From positions 1 to 19,550 of the forward strand of contig JAWXBZ010000245.1 of the NCBI GenBank assembly GCA_034440375.1: DNA of 19,550 nt, read 5' to 3'. The position numbers were made by a program, and so were the translations under genes. Shown one piece after another: positions 6,513 to 15,782 of this stretch (position 1 is its first letter; each line of letters begins with the position of its first letter). Below the pieces are notes generated by a model. It was given only the letters and a program-made list of their open reading frames with translations, searched no databases and had not been told where the DNA came from. Source of the DNA: Candidatus Eiseniibacteriota bacterium. Its GTDB lineage: Bacteria > Eisenbacteria > RBG-16-71-46 > JABDJR01 > JAWXBZ01.

Positions 6513-8733
6513 GGTGGCCCCCTCCACCCCATCGCTTTCGCTTCACGCGGAGTGGAAATCGGACCGGCGAGTGCGGACTCGACGCATCGCGATTCTCGGC
6601 AATCCGAACGCCGGAAAATCGACCCTCTTCAACCGGTTGACCGGGCTCCGCCAGAAGGTCGGCAACTATCCCGGGGTGACGGTGGAAAAGAAAACCGGTG
6701 TTTGCGATCTTCCCTCGGGCGTGCCGGCCGAACTGATCGACCTTCCGGGAAGCTACAGCCTTCAGCCGGCCTCACCGGATGAACGAATCGTGCGGGATAT
6801 CCTCCTGGGCCTGCAGCCTGACACCCCGCCGCCGGACCTGATCATCTTCGTGGTGGATGCCACCCACCTGGAGCGGCACCTGAACCTGGCGCTGCAGATC
6901 ACCGAACTGGGACGGCCGGTGGTCCTGGCGCTGAACATGATGGATTCGGCGCGGGCAGCGGAACTGGATATCGACGTGGAGTCGCTGCAGCGCGGACTTG
7001 GTGTTCCGGTCGTGCCGATCTCCGCCGCGCGGGGCGAGGGACTCGGTTCGCTCCGCCGCATCATGGAGCGCGAGGTTGAGCCATCCACGCTCCACTTTCG
7101 TGAATGGCCACCTTTCCTGCAGCGGGTGCTCGACCGGCTGGCCGCGAGGCTGCCGCGCCATGCCGCCTATCCGGACCGCGCTCGCCGCGACATCGCCTTT
7201 GCACTCCTCCTGGATGACGGCGAGGACGACACGCTGGTGCGGGCCGCACCCCCCGAGCTTTTGGACGACGCGGCGGCAGAAGCCAGGAACCTGGACAAGA
7301 CTCATCCCGGGTGGCGGCATCAGGACGTGGCCGTCCGATTCGAGACGATTCGCGAGATTCTTTCGCGAGCGCTCTTGACGCCTGGCGATCATCACCATCG
7401 CGGGCGAGACACGCTTGATCGAATCCTGACCCACCGGGTTTTCGGTCCGGCCATCTTCCTGATCCTGATGGGTGCCGTCTTCCAATCGGTTTTCGCCTGG
7501 GCGCTGCCACTGATGGACCTGATCGACGTCGGGGTCGGGGCCGCCGGCCGGTTGATCGAGGCGTCGATTCCTCCGGGGGCGCTCCGATCGCTCCTGGTGG
7601 ACGGAGTCATCGCCGGCGTCGGCACCACCATTACGTTTGTGCCACAGATCGCCATCCTGTTCTTCTTCCTGTCGATGCTGGAGGACACGGGGTACATGGC
7701 CCGGGCCGCCTTCATCATGGATCGGCTCATGGGGCACATCGGATTGTCTGGACGCTCGTTCATTCCCCTTTTGTCTTCGTTTGCCTGCGCCATTCCGGGA
7801 ATCATGGCGACCAGGACGATCGACAATCGGCGGGATCGGATCACCACCATGATCGTGGCCCCCTTCATGTCGTGCAGCGCCCGTTTACCGGTGTATGCCC
7901 TGTTGATCGGGGCCTTCATCCCCAACCGGTGGATCGGATTCCTGACGCTTCCCGGACTTACTCTCATCAGTATGTATTCGCTGGGAATTGCCGCCGCCAT
8001 TGTCGTGGCGTTCGTGCTCAAGCGAACCGTCCTGGCGGGCCCGACCCCCCTGTACATCATGGAACTGCCACCGTATCGGGTGCCCTCCTGGCGCTCGGTG
8101 CTGCAGACCGTGTACGAACGGTCATGGCTCTTTGTTCGCAATGCGGGCACGGTGATCCTGGCCATCACGATCCTGCTCTGGTTCTTCGCCTCGTATCCCA
8201 AGAATGGGCCCGAAGTTCGGGCGCTGTCGGCTGAGCGGGCCGAGGCCGTGACCAACGGCAGTACCGCACAGATCGAGTTGCTGGATCGCCGCATCTCGGC
8301 CTCCGCCCTCGAACATTCGACGGCCGGGAAGGTGGGACGATTCCTCGAACCGGTCATCGCACCGCTCGGATTCGATTGGCGGATCGGCATTGCCCTGGTC
8401 ACGTCGTTCGCGGCGCGAGAAGTCATGGTGTCGACGATGGCCACCATGTTCAACCTGAGCGACGCCCGTGAGGACGTGGTGCCGCTTCGGACCAGCCTGC
8501 GTGAAGCCATCGACCCCGAGACGGGGCGGCGGGCCTACTCGACCCTGACCGGGATCAGCCTGATGGTCTTTTTCGTCCTGGCCTGCCAGTGCATGTCCAC
8601 GGTGGCCGTGGTGCGCCGCGAAACGAACAGCTGGCGCTGGCCCATCTTCATGCTGGTGCTGATGAACGTCATGGCCTGGCTCGCCTCGTTTGCCATCTAC
8701 CAGGGCGGCCGCTGGCTGGGATTCGGTACATGA
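6496..8733 (+). CDS. feoB: Ferrous iron transport protein B
   Basis: GTPase motifs GNPNAGKS, VGNYPGVTVEKK, DLPG, NMMD; membrane domain with LEDTGYMARAAF, FACAIPGIMATRTI, PFMSCSARLPVY, MELPPY, AAREVMVST. Confidence 0.98.
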   Translation: MSRPPEVAPSTPSLSLHAEWKSDRRVRTRRIAILGNPNAGKSTLFNRLTGLRQKVGNYPGVTVEKKTGVCDLPSGVPAELIDLPGSYSLQPASPDERIVRDILLGLQPDTPPPDLIIFVVDATHLERHLNLALQITELGRPVVLALNMMDSARAAELDIDVESLQRGLGVPVVPISAARGEGLGSLRRIMEREVEPSTLHFREWPPFLQRVLDRLAARLPRHAAYPDRARRDIAFALLLDDGEDDTLVRAAPPELLDDAAAEARNLDKTHPGWRHQDVAVRFETIREILSRALLTPGDHHHRGRDTLDRILTHRVFGPAIFLILMGAVFQSVFAWALPLMDLIDVGVGAAGRLIEASIPPGALRSLLVDGVIAGVGTTITFVPQIAILFFFLSMLEDTGYMARAAFIMDRLMGHIGLSGRSFIPLLSSFACAIPGIMATRTIDNRRDRITTMIVAPFMSCSARLPVYALLIGAFIPNRWIGFLTLPGLTLISMYSLGIAAAIVVAFVLKRTVLAGPTPLYIMELPPYRVPSWRSVLQTVYERSWLFVRNAGTVILAITILLWFFASYPKNGPEVRALSAERAEAVTNGSTAQIELLDRRISASALEHSTAGKVGRFLEPVIAPLGFDWRIGIALVTSFAAREVMVSTMATMFNLSDAREDVVPLRTSLREAIDPETGRRAYSTLTGISLMVFFVLACQCMSTVAVVRRETNSWRWPIFMLVLMNVMAWLASFAIYQGGRWLGFGT

Positions 8734-8978
8734 GCGGCCATTGGATCCAGGAGGGGCTGGCGCTGGTTGCCGTGGCGACGGCCGCGGCATGGCTCATCCG
8801 GAAGCGGCTGACCAGGACCCGGGCCGGAACGACGGCGTGCGCCGGGTGCTCGCTCGAAAAGGCTCACCAGAAGGTCGGAGCAGCATCGACGGGAACCACG
8901 CCGAAGCGGATCAGCTCAGCAGGCGCTGTAAATCCTCGGCCGTCAGGCTACGAAGCAGGCTTGAATCGGCGGAAATGA
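8730..8978 (+). CDS. FeoB-associated Cys-containing small membrane protein, 82 aa
   Basis: ATGA overlap with the feoB stop; MSGHWIQEGLALVAVATAAAWLIRKRL (one TM helix plus basic patch) followed by ACAGC. The real start is 8730, not 8589. Confidence 0.75.
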   Translation: MSGHWIQEGLALVAVATAAAWLIRKRLTRTRAGTTACAGCSLEKAHQKVGAASTGTTPKRISSAGAVNPRPSGYEAGLNRRK

Positions 8979-11900
8979 TGGCGTCGGCCAGGTGGCGCTT
9001 GTTGCGCTGCAGCTCGACGATCTTTTCCTCCACCGTATCCCGCGCGATCAGGCGATAGGCGAAGACGGGCCGGGTCTGGCCGATGCGATGAGCCCGATCG
9101 ACCGCCTGCGCCTCGACCGCCGGATTCCACCACGGATCAAGGATGAAGACATAGTCGGCGGCGGTGAGGTTCAGCCCCTGGCCACCGGCCTTCAAGCTGA
9201 TCAGGAAGAGCGGACAGGTTGGATCCTCCTGGAATCGCTTGACCTTTTCAGAGCGCTTCGTGGTCTTGCCGTCCAGATACTCGTAGCGAATCCCCTCCTG
9301 ATCCAGCCGCGGGCGGACGATGGCCAGGAGGCTCGTGAACTGGGAGAAAACCAGCGCCTTGTGCCCCTCGTCCACGATCTCGCGCAGGCTTTCGAACAGG
9401 GTGTCGAGCTTGGCGCTGCTGTCGCCGACCAGGGCCTTGTCGACCAGTCCCGGGTGGCAGGCCACCTGGCGCAGGCGAAGCAGCGCTTCGAGGACATGCA
9501 CCTTGGCCCGCGAGAGGCCCAGCTTCTGAATCGTGGCTGACAGGCTCGCGCGATACTGCGCCCGCATGGAGTCGTACATGCGACGCTGCTTGGGTTCCAG
9601 CTCACAGTAAAGCGTCTGTTCTGTCTTGATCGGCAACTCGGAGAGCACCTGTTCCTTGGTACGCCTGAGGATGAACGGCTTCAAGGCACGCGCCAGGAGG
9701 GCCACCGACTCCGGGTCCGAAGCACCGGCCACACGGGCCCGGGCCGCCGCGGCCCGACCGAGCATGCCCGGATTCAAAAATTCGAAGAGCGCGCCCAGTT
9801 CACCGAGATGATTTTCGACCGGGGTGCCGGACATCGCCAGGCGATGGTCGGCTTCCAGCAGCCGGCAGGCCCGCGAGGCCTGTGAACCGGAGTTCTTGAT
9901 CGCCTGTGCCTCGTCGAGGATCACGTAGTCGAAGCGATAGTCCTTTAGCTTCAGGATGTCGCGACGCACCGTACCGTATGTGGTGACCACGAGGTCGAAG
10001 TCGTCGAAACGCGGCAGCTGATCGGCCCGGTCCTGCCCCGTGTAGTCGAGCATCTTCAGTTCCGGCGTGAAACGCCCTGCCTCCTCGATCCAGTTGTGAA
10101 CGAGGCTGCGCGGAACCACCACGAGCGAGGGGGTCTTGGGTCCCCTGGCGCGACGCCGCCCTTCCAGGAGCGCCAGCACCTGAATGGTTTTGCCCAGCCC
10201 CATGTCATCGGCCAGGCAGCCACCGAACGAAAATTCGGCGAGGAACTGGAGCCACCCGAGCCCCAGCCGCTGATACTCGCGGAGCTGACCGACAAAACCG
10301 GCGGGTTGCTCAACCGGGGCAATGGCATGGTGCGCGTTCAGCCGTTCAATCAGGCGGCGGAAGTCGGCATCCCGATCGACTTCCGGCTGGGATTCGAGGA
10401 GTGCATCAAGGAGCGTGGCCTGCGAGCGATGAAATCGAAGCCCATCCCCTTCCGGTGTGCCGAGATCGGCCAGCGGAGCCAGGCGCTCGAGCCAGTCCTC
10501 GGGCAGAAGCCCACGGGAGCCGTCACCCAGGAGGACGAAGTCCTGCCCCTTCCGGGCCGCGGCCAGCAATTCCGGCAGCGTTGCTTCCTGGCCGCCGAAA
10601 TCGACCGCCCCGGTGAGATCAAACCAATCGATCCCGGAGGAGAGTGTCATCCGACGAATGCCGGGCGCCCGGTAGCGCTGCCCTTCGGCCTCGACCTGCC
10701 AGCCACGACCGACCAGAACCCGGGCCACCGTCGCCAGATGGCGCACCGCGATTTCGAGTTCGGCCTCGGCCGGCCGGGGCGGCACCGGCTCCTTGAATCC
10801 GAGTTCAACCAGCAGGGCTCGCGCGGCAGCCTCGGCGGGCACATCACGTGGAATGACACGTCCGGCGGCCACCTGGACAATGGCCCGGGCCGGGTGGCGA
10901 TGGGCTACGCTGCCACCTTCGTAATCGAACCAGAGCGCTGCGTCGAGCGTTTCCCTCGTGCGGACGATCGGCGGCCGCGTCAACACCAGCCGCGGTACGG
11001 CCGTGGCCGTGGCCTCGGCCAGCTTGAGATCCTCCGGCACCTCGACCGCGGGCGGCAGTGGCGAAGCCCAGAAAAGTCGAAGAAACTCGTCCTTCTCGCG
11101 GCGGGGCACGCGCACCGGTCCCGTGCGGCGGATCAGTTCGATCCACTCGTGCCAGGGACCCGGCTCCATGAATCCGACGACATCGTTTCGAACGAGGAAC
11201 CCGTTTTTCATGACCAGAACCGGCTCCGTGAGCGGCATGCGCTCTTCCGATCGAAAAAATGTGCCGTCCACCATCCAGGCATCCTCGCCCGGCACCGACT
11301 CGACAGTCAGTCGGCATTGCCAGGCCGGCCCGTCGTCGAAGGCCAGTGGCTGAAAACGGAGCGCCCTGGAATCGGTTGAATCCGGGCGCCCGAATCGCGT
11401 GGTGGCGCAGAGCCGAGGGACGAGCGTGGAGAGCAACGCGGCCGGCATCCCGAGGCGCGAATTGCGGCCGGCATCCCCCTCGCGCTGCGAGGCAAAAGTA
11501 TCGTCATAGTCGGGGTTGCCGCCGAGAAGCAGCGTCAGGATCTCGCGGTCGACCGCCTCGGTCATCACGGTGAGATCGATTCGACCGAGCGGCACCGGCT
11601 TCAGTGGTGATTCCGTCGAGCGCCGGGTGCTGCCGGCCCGGTGAAATTCGATGACCAGTTCGCCATAGGCCCGTGTGGCCGATTCGTTGAGGAGGTACCA
11701 GATGGGCCCGATCGGCGTGAGGGGGCGGGGGACGCCAAATTCCGGGGCCGGCGCCGGCCGGGTCGGCGCGTCGAGCGATTGAATGAGATATTTCCACCCC
11801 CCCGGCGGGCGGGAGCGCGTGGCCGAGGGATCGGAGGGGCGATACCAGCGGGACGACTCCTGGCGACGCCCCTTGGCCGCAATCAGAGGTCCCGACGGAG

Positions 11901-12303
11901 TCGGCTCATCCGTGGCCTCATCATCTTCCTTGTCGTCATCGAGAACTTCGAGCGGCCCGCGCCCCGGAACCAGCCGGGCCAAGCCGCGCTCGTCCATGGC
12001 TGCCAGCAGGGCCCAGAGATGATTGCAGGCATTCCCCTCTTCGAAATCCTCGCAGCTGCACGAGGCCCACAGCAGCGCGCGGGTGTCCGCCCATGACCAG
12101 TCCACCTCGGGGCGGATTGTTTCGTCATCGGTGTCCTGAATCCGGGCGCTGATGCCGGTCGGGCCGGGCGAGCCAAGCTTGACCTTTCCGTCACGCTGGA
12201 AAGCCTGCCCCGACTCACGAGCCGACTCGGAAAACGCCTCGAGGCAGCGGCGAAGCAGGTGTGCGGGATCGGGAATCGTGGGTTCAGTGACCTTTCCGGG
12301 CAT
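8911..12303 (-). CDS. SWIM zinc-finger SNF2-family helicase/ATPase
   Basis: N-terminal CSCEDFEEGNACNH (SWIM CxC...CxH); LADDMGLGKT, ILDEAQ, SGTPVENH, LVFSQF, SLKAGGQGLNL, DPWWNP, QAVDRAHRIGQ. Confidence 0.96.
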   Translation of the reverse strand: MPGKVTEPTIPDPAHLLRRCLEAFSESARESGQAFQRDGKVKLGSPGPTGISARIQDTDDETIRPEVDWSWADTRALLWASCSCEDFEEGNACNHLWALLAAMDERGLARLVPGRGPLEVLDDDKEDDEATDEPTPSGPLIAAKGRRQESSRWYRPSDPSATRSRPPGGWKYLIQSLDAPTRPAPAPEFGVPRPLTPIGPIWYLLNESATRAYGELVIEFHRAGSTRRSTESPLKPVPLGRIDLTVMTEAVDREILTLLLGGNPDYDDTFASQREGDAGRNSRLGMPAALLSTLVPRLCATTRFGRPDSTDSRALRFQPLAFDDGPAWQCRLTVESVPGEDAWMVDGTFFRSEERMPLTEPVLVMKNGFLVRNDVVGFMEPGPWHEWIELIRRTGPVRVPRREKDEFLRLFWASPLPPAVEVPEDLKLAEATATAVPRLVLTRPPIVRTRETLDAALWFDYEGGSVAHRHPARAIVQVAAGRVIPRDVPAEAAARALLVELGFKEPVPPRPAEAELEIAVRHLATVARVLVGRGWQVEAEGQRYRAPGIRRMTLSSGIDWFDLTGAVDFGGQEATLPELLAAARKGQDFVLLGDGSRGLLPEDWLERLAPLADLGTPEGDGLRFHRSQATLLDALLESQPEVDRDADFRRLIERLNAHHAIAPVEQPAGFVGQLREYQRLGLGWLQFLAEFSFGGCLADDMGLGKTIQVLALLEGRRRARGPKTPSLVVVPRSLVHNWIEEAGRFTPELKMLDYTGQDRADQLPRFDDFDLVVTTYGTVRRDILKLKDYRFDYVILDEAQAIKNSGSQASRACRLLEADHRLAMSGTPVENHLGELGALFEFLNPGMLGRAAAARARVAGASDPESVALLARALKPFILRRTKEQVLSELPIKTEQTLYCELEPKQRRMYDSMRAQYRASLSATIQKLGLSRAKVHVLEALLRLRQVACHPGLVDKALVGDSSAKLDTLFESLREIVDEGHKALVFSQFTSLLAIVRPRLDQEGIRYEYLDGKTTKRSEKVKRFQEDPTCPLFLISLKAGGQGLNLTAADYVFILDPWWNPAVEAQAVDRAHRIGQTRPVFAYRLIARDTVEEKIVELQRNKRHLADAIISADSSLLRSLTAEDLQRLLS

Positions 12304-12406
12304 TCGGTGATTCTAACCCACTCAGCCGTCGTCATGGCTCATCTAATTGTCATGCCGGTCCCTCCCCCCCCTTGCCCCTCCGGGGCCAGGGGGACGGTGT
12401 TCCGAT

Positions 12407-12422
12407 GGATAGTCGACTATCC
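12407..12422. promoter_or_regulatory. Perfect 16-bp palindrome GGATAGTCGACTATCC, possible operator
   Basis: Exact self-complementary 16-mer with no spacer, intergenic, 104 bp upstream of the SNF2 start. Confidence 0.4.
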
Positions 12423-12502
12423 GATCCCACTCGTCCGCCGCCGATCGGGCCACGAAGGCGACGAGCGGCTCATCCCCGATCCGGTGTCGATGTTTCCATG
12501 AG

Positions 12503-14014
12503 TCACCTCCCCGTCGAATATCGAATCAACGTGACGCCGTTCAACGGATGCGCCTCACCCGGGCCAAAGCGACGGTCGAGAACGGTTTTCAACGTCCGCC
12601 CCGGATCCTGAATCCAGGGGCGCACACACATCAACCAGACATGGCGACGCCCGGCGGACCAGGCCTCGATACGGGCGTCCAGCGCCTGCGGATCCCGGAG
12701 CCACGGCTCGAAAACAATGACGACCGGCGCGGGGCCATGGTCGTACCATTCGAGGAGCTGCGGCGCCCCCTGGCCCAGCACGATGTCCGACGCCGTGGCC
12801 TGCCCGCGGAGGATGCGAGCCGCGCCCCGGCTGTCCTCGCGGGCATAGCGACTGTTGCCGTAGTAGTTTCCGAGAGAGACGAGGCTCGGAACCACCACCA
12901 GAAGCGCCGCGGCGCAAGCGACGACGACGCGTGTGGCGCGTAGATGCGCGAACCCCGCGCCGAGCAGCGACAGAAGAAACGGCAGGGCCAGCGCCACGTA
13001 GCGAGGATGAAACACTTTGGCGTTTTGCAGCGACAGAAGAGTGACGGCCAGGAGTGGCACCGCGAGGGAAAGGAGCACCAGGCCCCGGTGCGCCGGCTCC
13101 CGCCGCATGGCGGCAAGGCCCGACAGGGCCAGGACCAGTGCACCCAGGGCCAGCGGCAGGATGGTCGCGAGATGCGGCAGGACCGTGGCCATGCGGGGCG
13201 CGTCGTGCAACTCGACGAGCGAGGGGCCGAGCGAATAACCGGCCAGGAATACGAAAAAGGTGTACGGAAGTCCCAACCAGGAAAACGTCGATTCGCCGCG
13301 CAGGAGTTCCGCCTCCGGAATCGAGCCGGGCTGGGCGACATTCGCCAGATTCAAATTCTGGGTAACGGCCACCCAGAGCCATGGCGAAAAGAGGAGGAAC
13401 GCTGGAACGACCGCCGCCAGCCATGCCGGCACTCGATCGCGACGCCAGCGAAACAGCGTCAGACCATGCGCAATCGCCACGAAACCCATTACCAGGTGGC
13501 TCATGAGCCCGACCAGAAGACTCAGGGAATAGTGCAGGACGGCACTCCGGCCGGGCCGCTCGTCGAGAAGGCGGAGGAATGCAATGCCCGACCAGGCTGC
13601 CGCGAGGACGGCCAGTGCGTAGTGGCGCGTCTCCTGCGAATACCAGATCAGGAACGGTGAGATGGTCGCGAGAATGGCGGCGGGCCAGGCCGACGACGCG
13701 TGAAGACGCCGGGCCAGGATGTAGACCAGAGGGACCGTGGCGGTGCCGAGAAGCGCCGAGGGAAGCCGAAGCGCCCATTCCGAGGAACCGAATGCCGCCA
13801 CACTCCAGCGCAGCAGGAGCGCCGGGAGCGGGCCCTGCGGGTTGACGAACCAGTCCGACCAGCGGAACGGCTCGCCCAGCGAGGCACGCAGGATCATGAG
13901 GAACTCGTCGATCCAGAGGCTCTGGGCATCGAGCCGAACCAGTCGCAGCGTCGCCGCGACGAGTGTCAACAGAACCAGCCAAACGCGATCCCGCCTGGTC
14001 ATGTCATCCAGCAT
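12503..14014 (-). CDS. GT-C fold integral membrane glycosyltransferase (PMT_2/GT39/ArnT-like)
   Basis: LRLVRLDAQSLWIDE first-loop acidic motif, QGPL, SEWALRLPSALLG, SPFLIWYSQETRHYAL, HPRY, REDSRGAA; many hydrophobic helices. ATG at 14002 is an alternative start. Confidence 0.9.
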   Translation of the reverse strand: MLDDMTRRDRVWLVLLTLVAATLRLVRLDAQSLWIDEFLMILRASLGEPFRWSDWFVNPQGPLPALLLRWSVAAFGSSEWALRLPSALLGTATVPLVYILARRLHASSAWPAAILATISPFLIWYSQETRHYALAVLAAAWSGIAFLRLLDERPGRSAVLHYSLSLLVGLMSHLVMGFVAIAHGLTLFRWRRDRVPAWLAAVVPAFLLFSPWLWVAVTQNLNLANVAQPGSIPEAELLRGESTFSWLGLPYTFFVFLAGYSLGPSLVELHDAPRMATVLPHLATILPLALGALVLALSGLAAMRREPAHRGLVLLSLAVPLLAVTLLSLQNAKVFHPRYVALALPFLLSLLGAGFAHLRATRVVVACAAALLVVVPSLVSLGNYYGNSRYAREDSRGAARILRGQATASDIVLGQGAPQLLEWYDHGPAPVVIVFEPWLRDPQALDARIEAWSAGRRHVWLMCVRPWIQDPGRTLKTVLDRRFGPGEAHPLNGVTLIRYSTGR

Positions 14015-14031
14015 CCGGCGCGGGCATGCAG

Positions 14032-14060
14032 TTTACCTTGGTGAGGCACATTGTTATGGT
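14032..14060 (+). promoter_or_regulatory. Candidate sigma70 promoter for the PNGase F-like gene
   Basis: TTTACC (14032-14037), 17 nt, TATGGT (14055-14060) with TGn extension. An opposite-strand TAAACT (14035-14030) facing the glycosyltransferase overlaps it. Confidence 0.5.
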
Positions 14061-14069
14061 ACGCATTCG

Positions 14070-15134
14070 ATGCGTCTGCCGCGAGTCCTCCTTCCAATCG
14101 TGCTGCTCGGCCTCGTCCGCACGGACGCCGCGGCCGCGCCGCCCGCCGCTTCGCTCCCCCCTCCGTTGCACCGGACGATTCATGTCTTCGACAACGCGAT
14201 GATCCACTTCCTGCCCGACTCGGCGGCCCGCTTTGGCCCTCCCGGAATCGAGCACCAGGACAACGGGCGGCGCGTCCGCCGTCGCGTCAACCTGGGACGT
14301 CCCGTCTTGTCGAATCGCCTCATTGCGCACCTTGTTGTTCAGCCGATCCCGAAAACCGAAGCCAGCGTTTGCGATCCGTGGGACCGGGCCGGCAGCATTC
14401 GGCTGATCCGGCCGAAAGAAGTGGACATCGAGGTGGTCAAGTTCATTACAAGCTACGGTGGCCGGATGGAACAGAATGTGGATGTGACGGAACTGGGGCC
14501 GATCCTCCAGGGAGAGGTGACCTTCGAGGCCTTCATCGACACGTGGGTTTCCCCCGGCTGGCGCGTCGATCTCCACCTGGAAGTGCGCCCCTTCCCCGCC
14601 CCGGCCACAACGCTCGAAGCCACATTTGATTCCGCAGCCGCGGCCCGGGCGCCGCGCTGGATCCAATCGATCCTGTGCGAGGACGGCTGGACGGCGGCTA
14701 CCAATGATTCGCTGTCGGCCCCGCACGCGGTAACCATTCCTCGGGACGGCAAGCGAATCGTCCTGCGCCTCCTGACCTCCGGGCACTGCACCGACGGCCG
14801 CGATGACGACGAGTTCGTGACGAAGGATCACGTGGTTCTCGTCGATGGCCGCGAGGTGACGCGTTTCCGCCCCTGGCGGGATGACTGCCGGCGCTTCCGC
14901 GACCTGAACCCCTACGGACGGCGCTGGTCCGACGGGAGCTGGTCCAGCGATTACGGTCGGAGCGGCTGGTGTCCGGGCGATGTCGTCACGCCGCGCGAAA
15001 TTGATCTGTCGACGGTGCTTCCACCGGGTCCGCACACCGTGGCCATCCGAATCGAGGAAATCCGCCCGGCCGGTGCCGACAAGCACTTCGGTTACTGGCG
15101 GGTGTCGGCCGCACTCCTGGGATTTGACGAGTAG
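14070..15134 (+). CDS. Peptide-N-glycosidase F-related secreted protein, 354 aa
   Basis: Signal-peptide-like MRLPRVLLPIVLLGLV...AAA; motifs CDPWDR, EVVKFITSYG, FIDTW, TSGH, DEF, PWRDDC, RSGWCPG occur in the same order as the PNGase F active-site segments. The 13737 start in the ORF track overlaps the opposite gene and is unlikely. Confidence 0.85.
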   Translation: MRLPRVLLPIVLLGLVRTDAAAAPPAASLPPPLHRTIHVFDNAMIHFLPDSAARFGPPGIEHQDNGRRVRRRVNLGRPVLSNRLIAHLVVQPIPKTEASVCDPWDRAGSIRLIRPKEVDIEVVKFITSYGGRMEQNVDVTELGPILQGEVTFEAFIDTWVSPGWRVDLHLEVRPFPAPATTLEATFDSAAAARAPRWIQSILCEDGWTAATNDSLSAPHAVTIPRDGKRIVLRLLTSGHCTDGRDDDEFVTKDHVVLVDGREVTRFRPWRDDCRRFRDLNPYGRRWSDGSWSSDYGRSGWCPGDVVTPREIDLSTVLPPGPHTVAIRIEEIRPAGADKHFGYWRVSAALLGFDE

Positions 15135-15193
15135 CAAATGATCCGATCCATCCGCAGGTAATTTCGTCGCGGTGGCCGACGTCGGCGGGGGGC

Positions 15194-15760
15194 TCAGTTC
15201 GGCGTCGTGCCGGATTTCAATTCCTCGGCGATGACCCGCGCCTTCCCGACCAGCGAGGCTGCCCGCGGGAGGTCGCCTGAGTCGAACGCGGCCTGGCTCT
15301 CGGCGAGGAATCGGCCGGCGCTGGTGCGCTGCTCGCACTGAGCCACTGTCAGCGCCCGCCCCTCAAGGATATGGAACGCCTGGTTGGCCCTTTCCACATC
15401 GGTGCGATACTGCGCCTCGAGGGTGCTCCGTTGCTCGGCCGTGAGCACGGCGCTGACCATGGGGCGATGTTCCGGCATATCGGGTGGGGCCGCGATCGAG
15501 TCGACCGGCACCCCGATCGGCGCACTCGGGGTGACGGTTTTCGCCTTCGGTTTTGCCGCCGGAGTCGCTGGACGGGTGGTGGCGCCGCCTTCCTTTTGAC
15601 CCGTTGAGCCAACCTTCATTCCGGAATCCGGTGTTTCGCGGTCGGGGACGACGGGTGCCTCGACCTCCACGGACGGTTTATTTTCGTGCCGGAACAGGGA
15701 GCAGCCGGTCAGAAAGCCGGGAAGAACAAGGCATGTCACCAGATACGCGCGACGGATCAT
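15194..15760 (-). CDS. Lipoprotein of unknown function: Pro/Ala/Thr-rich linker plus C-terminal helical domain
   Basis: MIRRAYLVTCLVLPGFLTG-C lipobox; low-complexity middle; amphipathic C-terminus (AGRFLAESQAAFDSGDLPRAASLVGKARVIAEEL). An alternative ATG at 15793 overlaps the kinase 3' end. Confidence 0.8.
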   Translation of the reverse strand: MIRRAYLVTCLVLPGFLTGCSLFRHENKPSVEVEAPVVPDRETPDSGMKVGSTGQKEGGATTRPATPAAKPKAKTVTPSAPIGVPVDSIAAPPDMPEHRPMVSAVLTAEQRSTLEAQYRTDVERANQAFHILEGRALTVAQCEQRTSAGRFLAESQAAFDSGDLPRAASLVGKARVIAEELKSGTTPN

Positions 15761-15782
15761 CACCGCCCGCGCCTGCCTGCCA

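Noticed and set aside
1..8978. An iron/redox island (pirin, Prx6, rSAM, Feo)
   Set aside because: The genes sit in different orientations and transcription units, separated by the peptidase pair, and no shared motif was found.
8911..12303. SNF2 ATPase as part of an anti-phage system (DISARM/Zorya-like)
   Set aside because: It has the stand-alone SWIM-SNF2 architecture, with no methylase, nuclease or other defence genes nearby.
12470..12510. Strong SD GGAGG before an ATG at 12499 on the minus strand (METSTPDRG*)
   Set aside because: Only 9 codons, and the SD coincides with the last codons of the glycosyltransferase; chance or a gene remnant cannot be separated.
15175..15186. 12-bp palindrome GCCGACGTCGGC between convergent genes
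   Set aside because: Short and GC-rich, expected by chance; no loop or U-tract.
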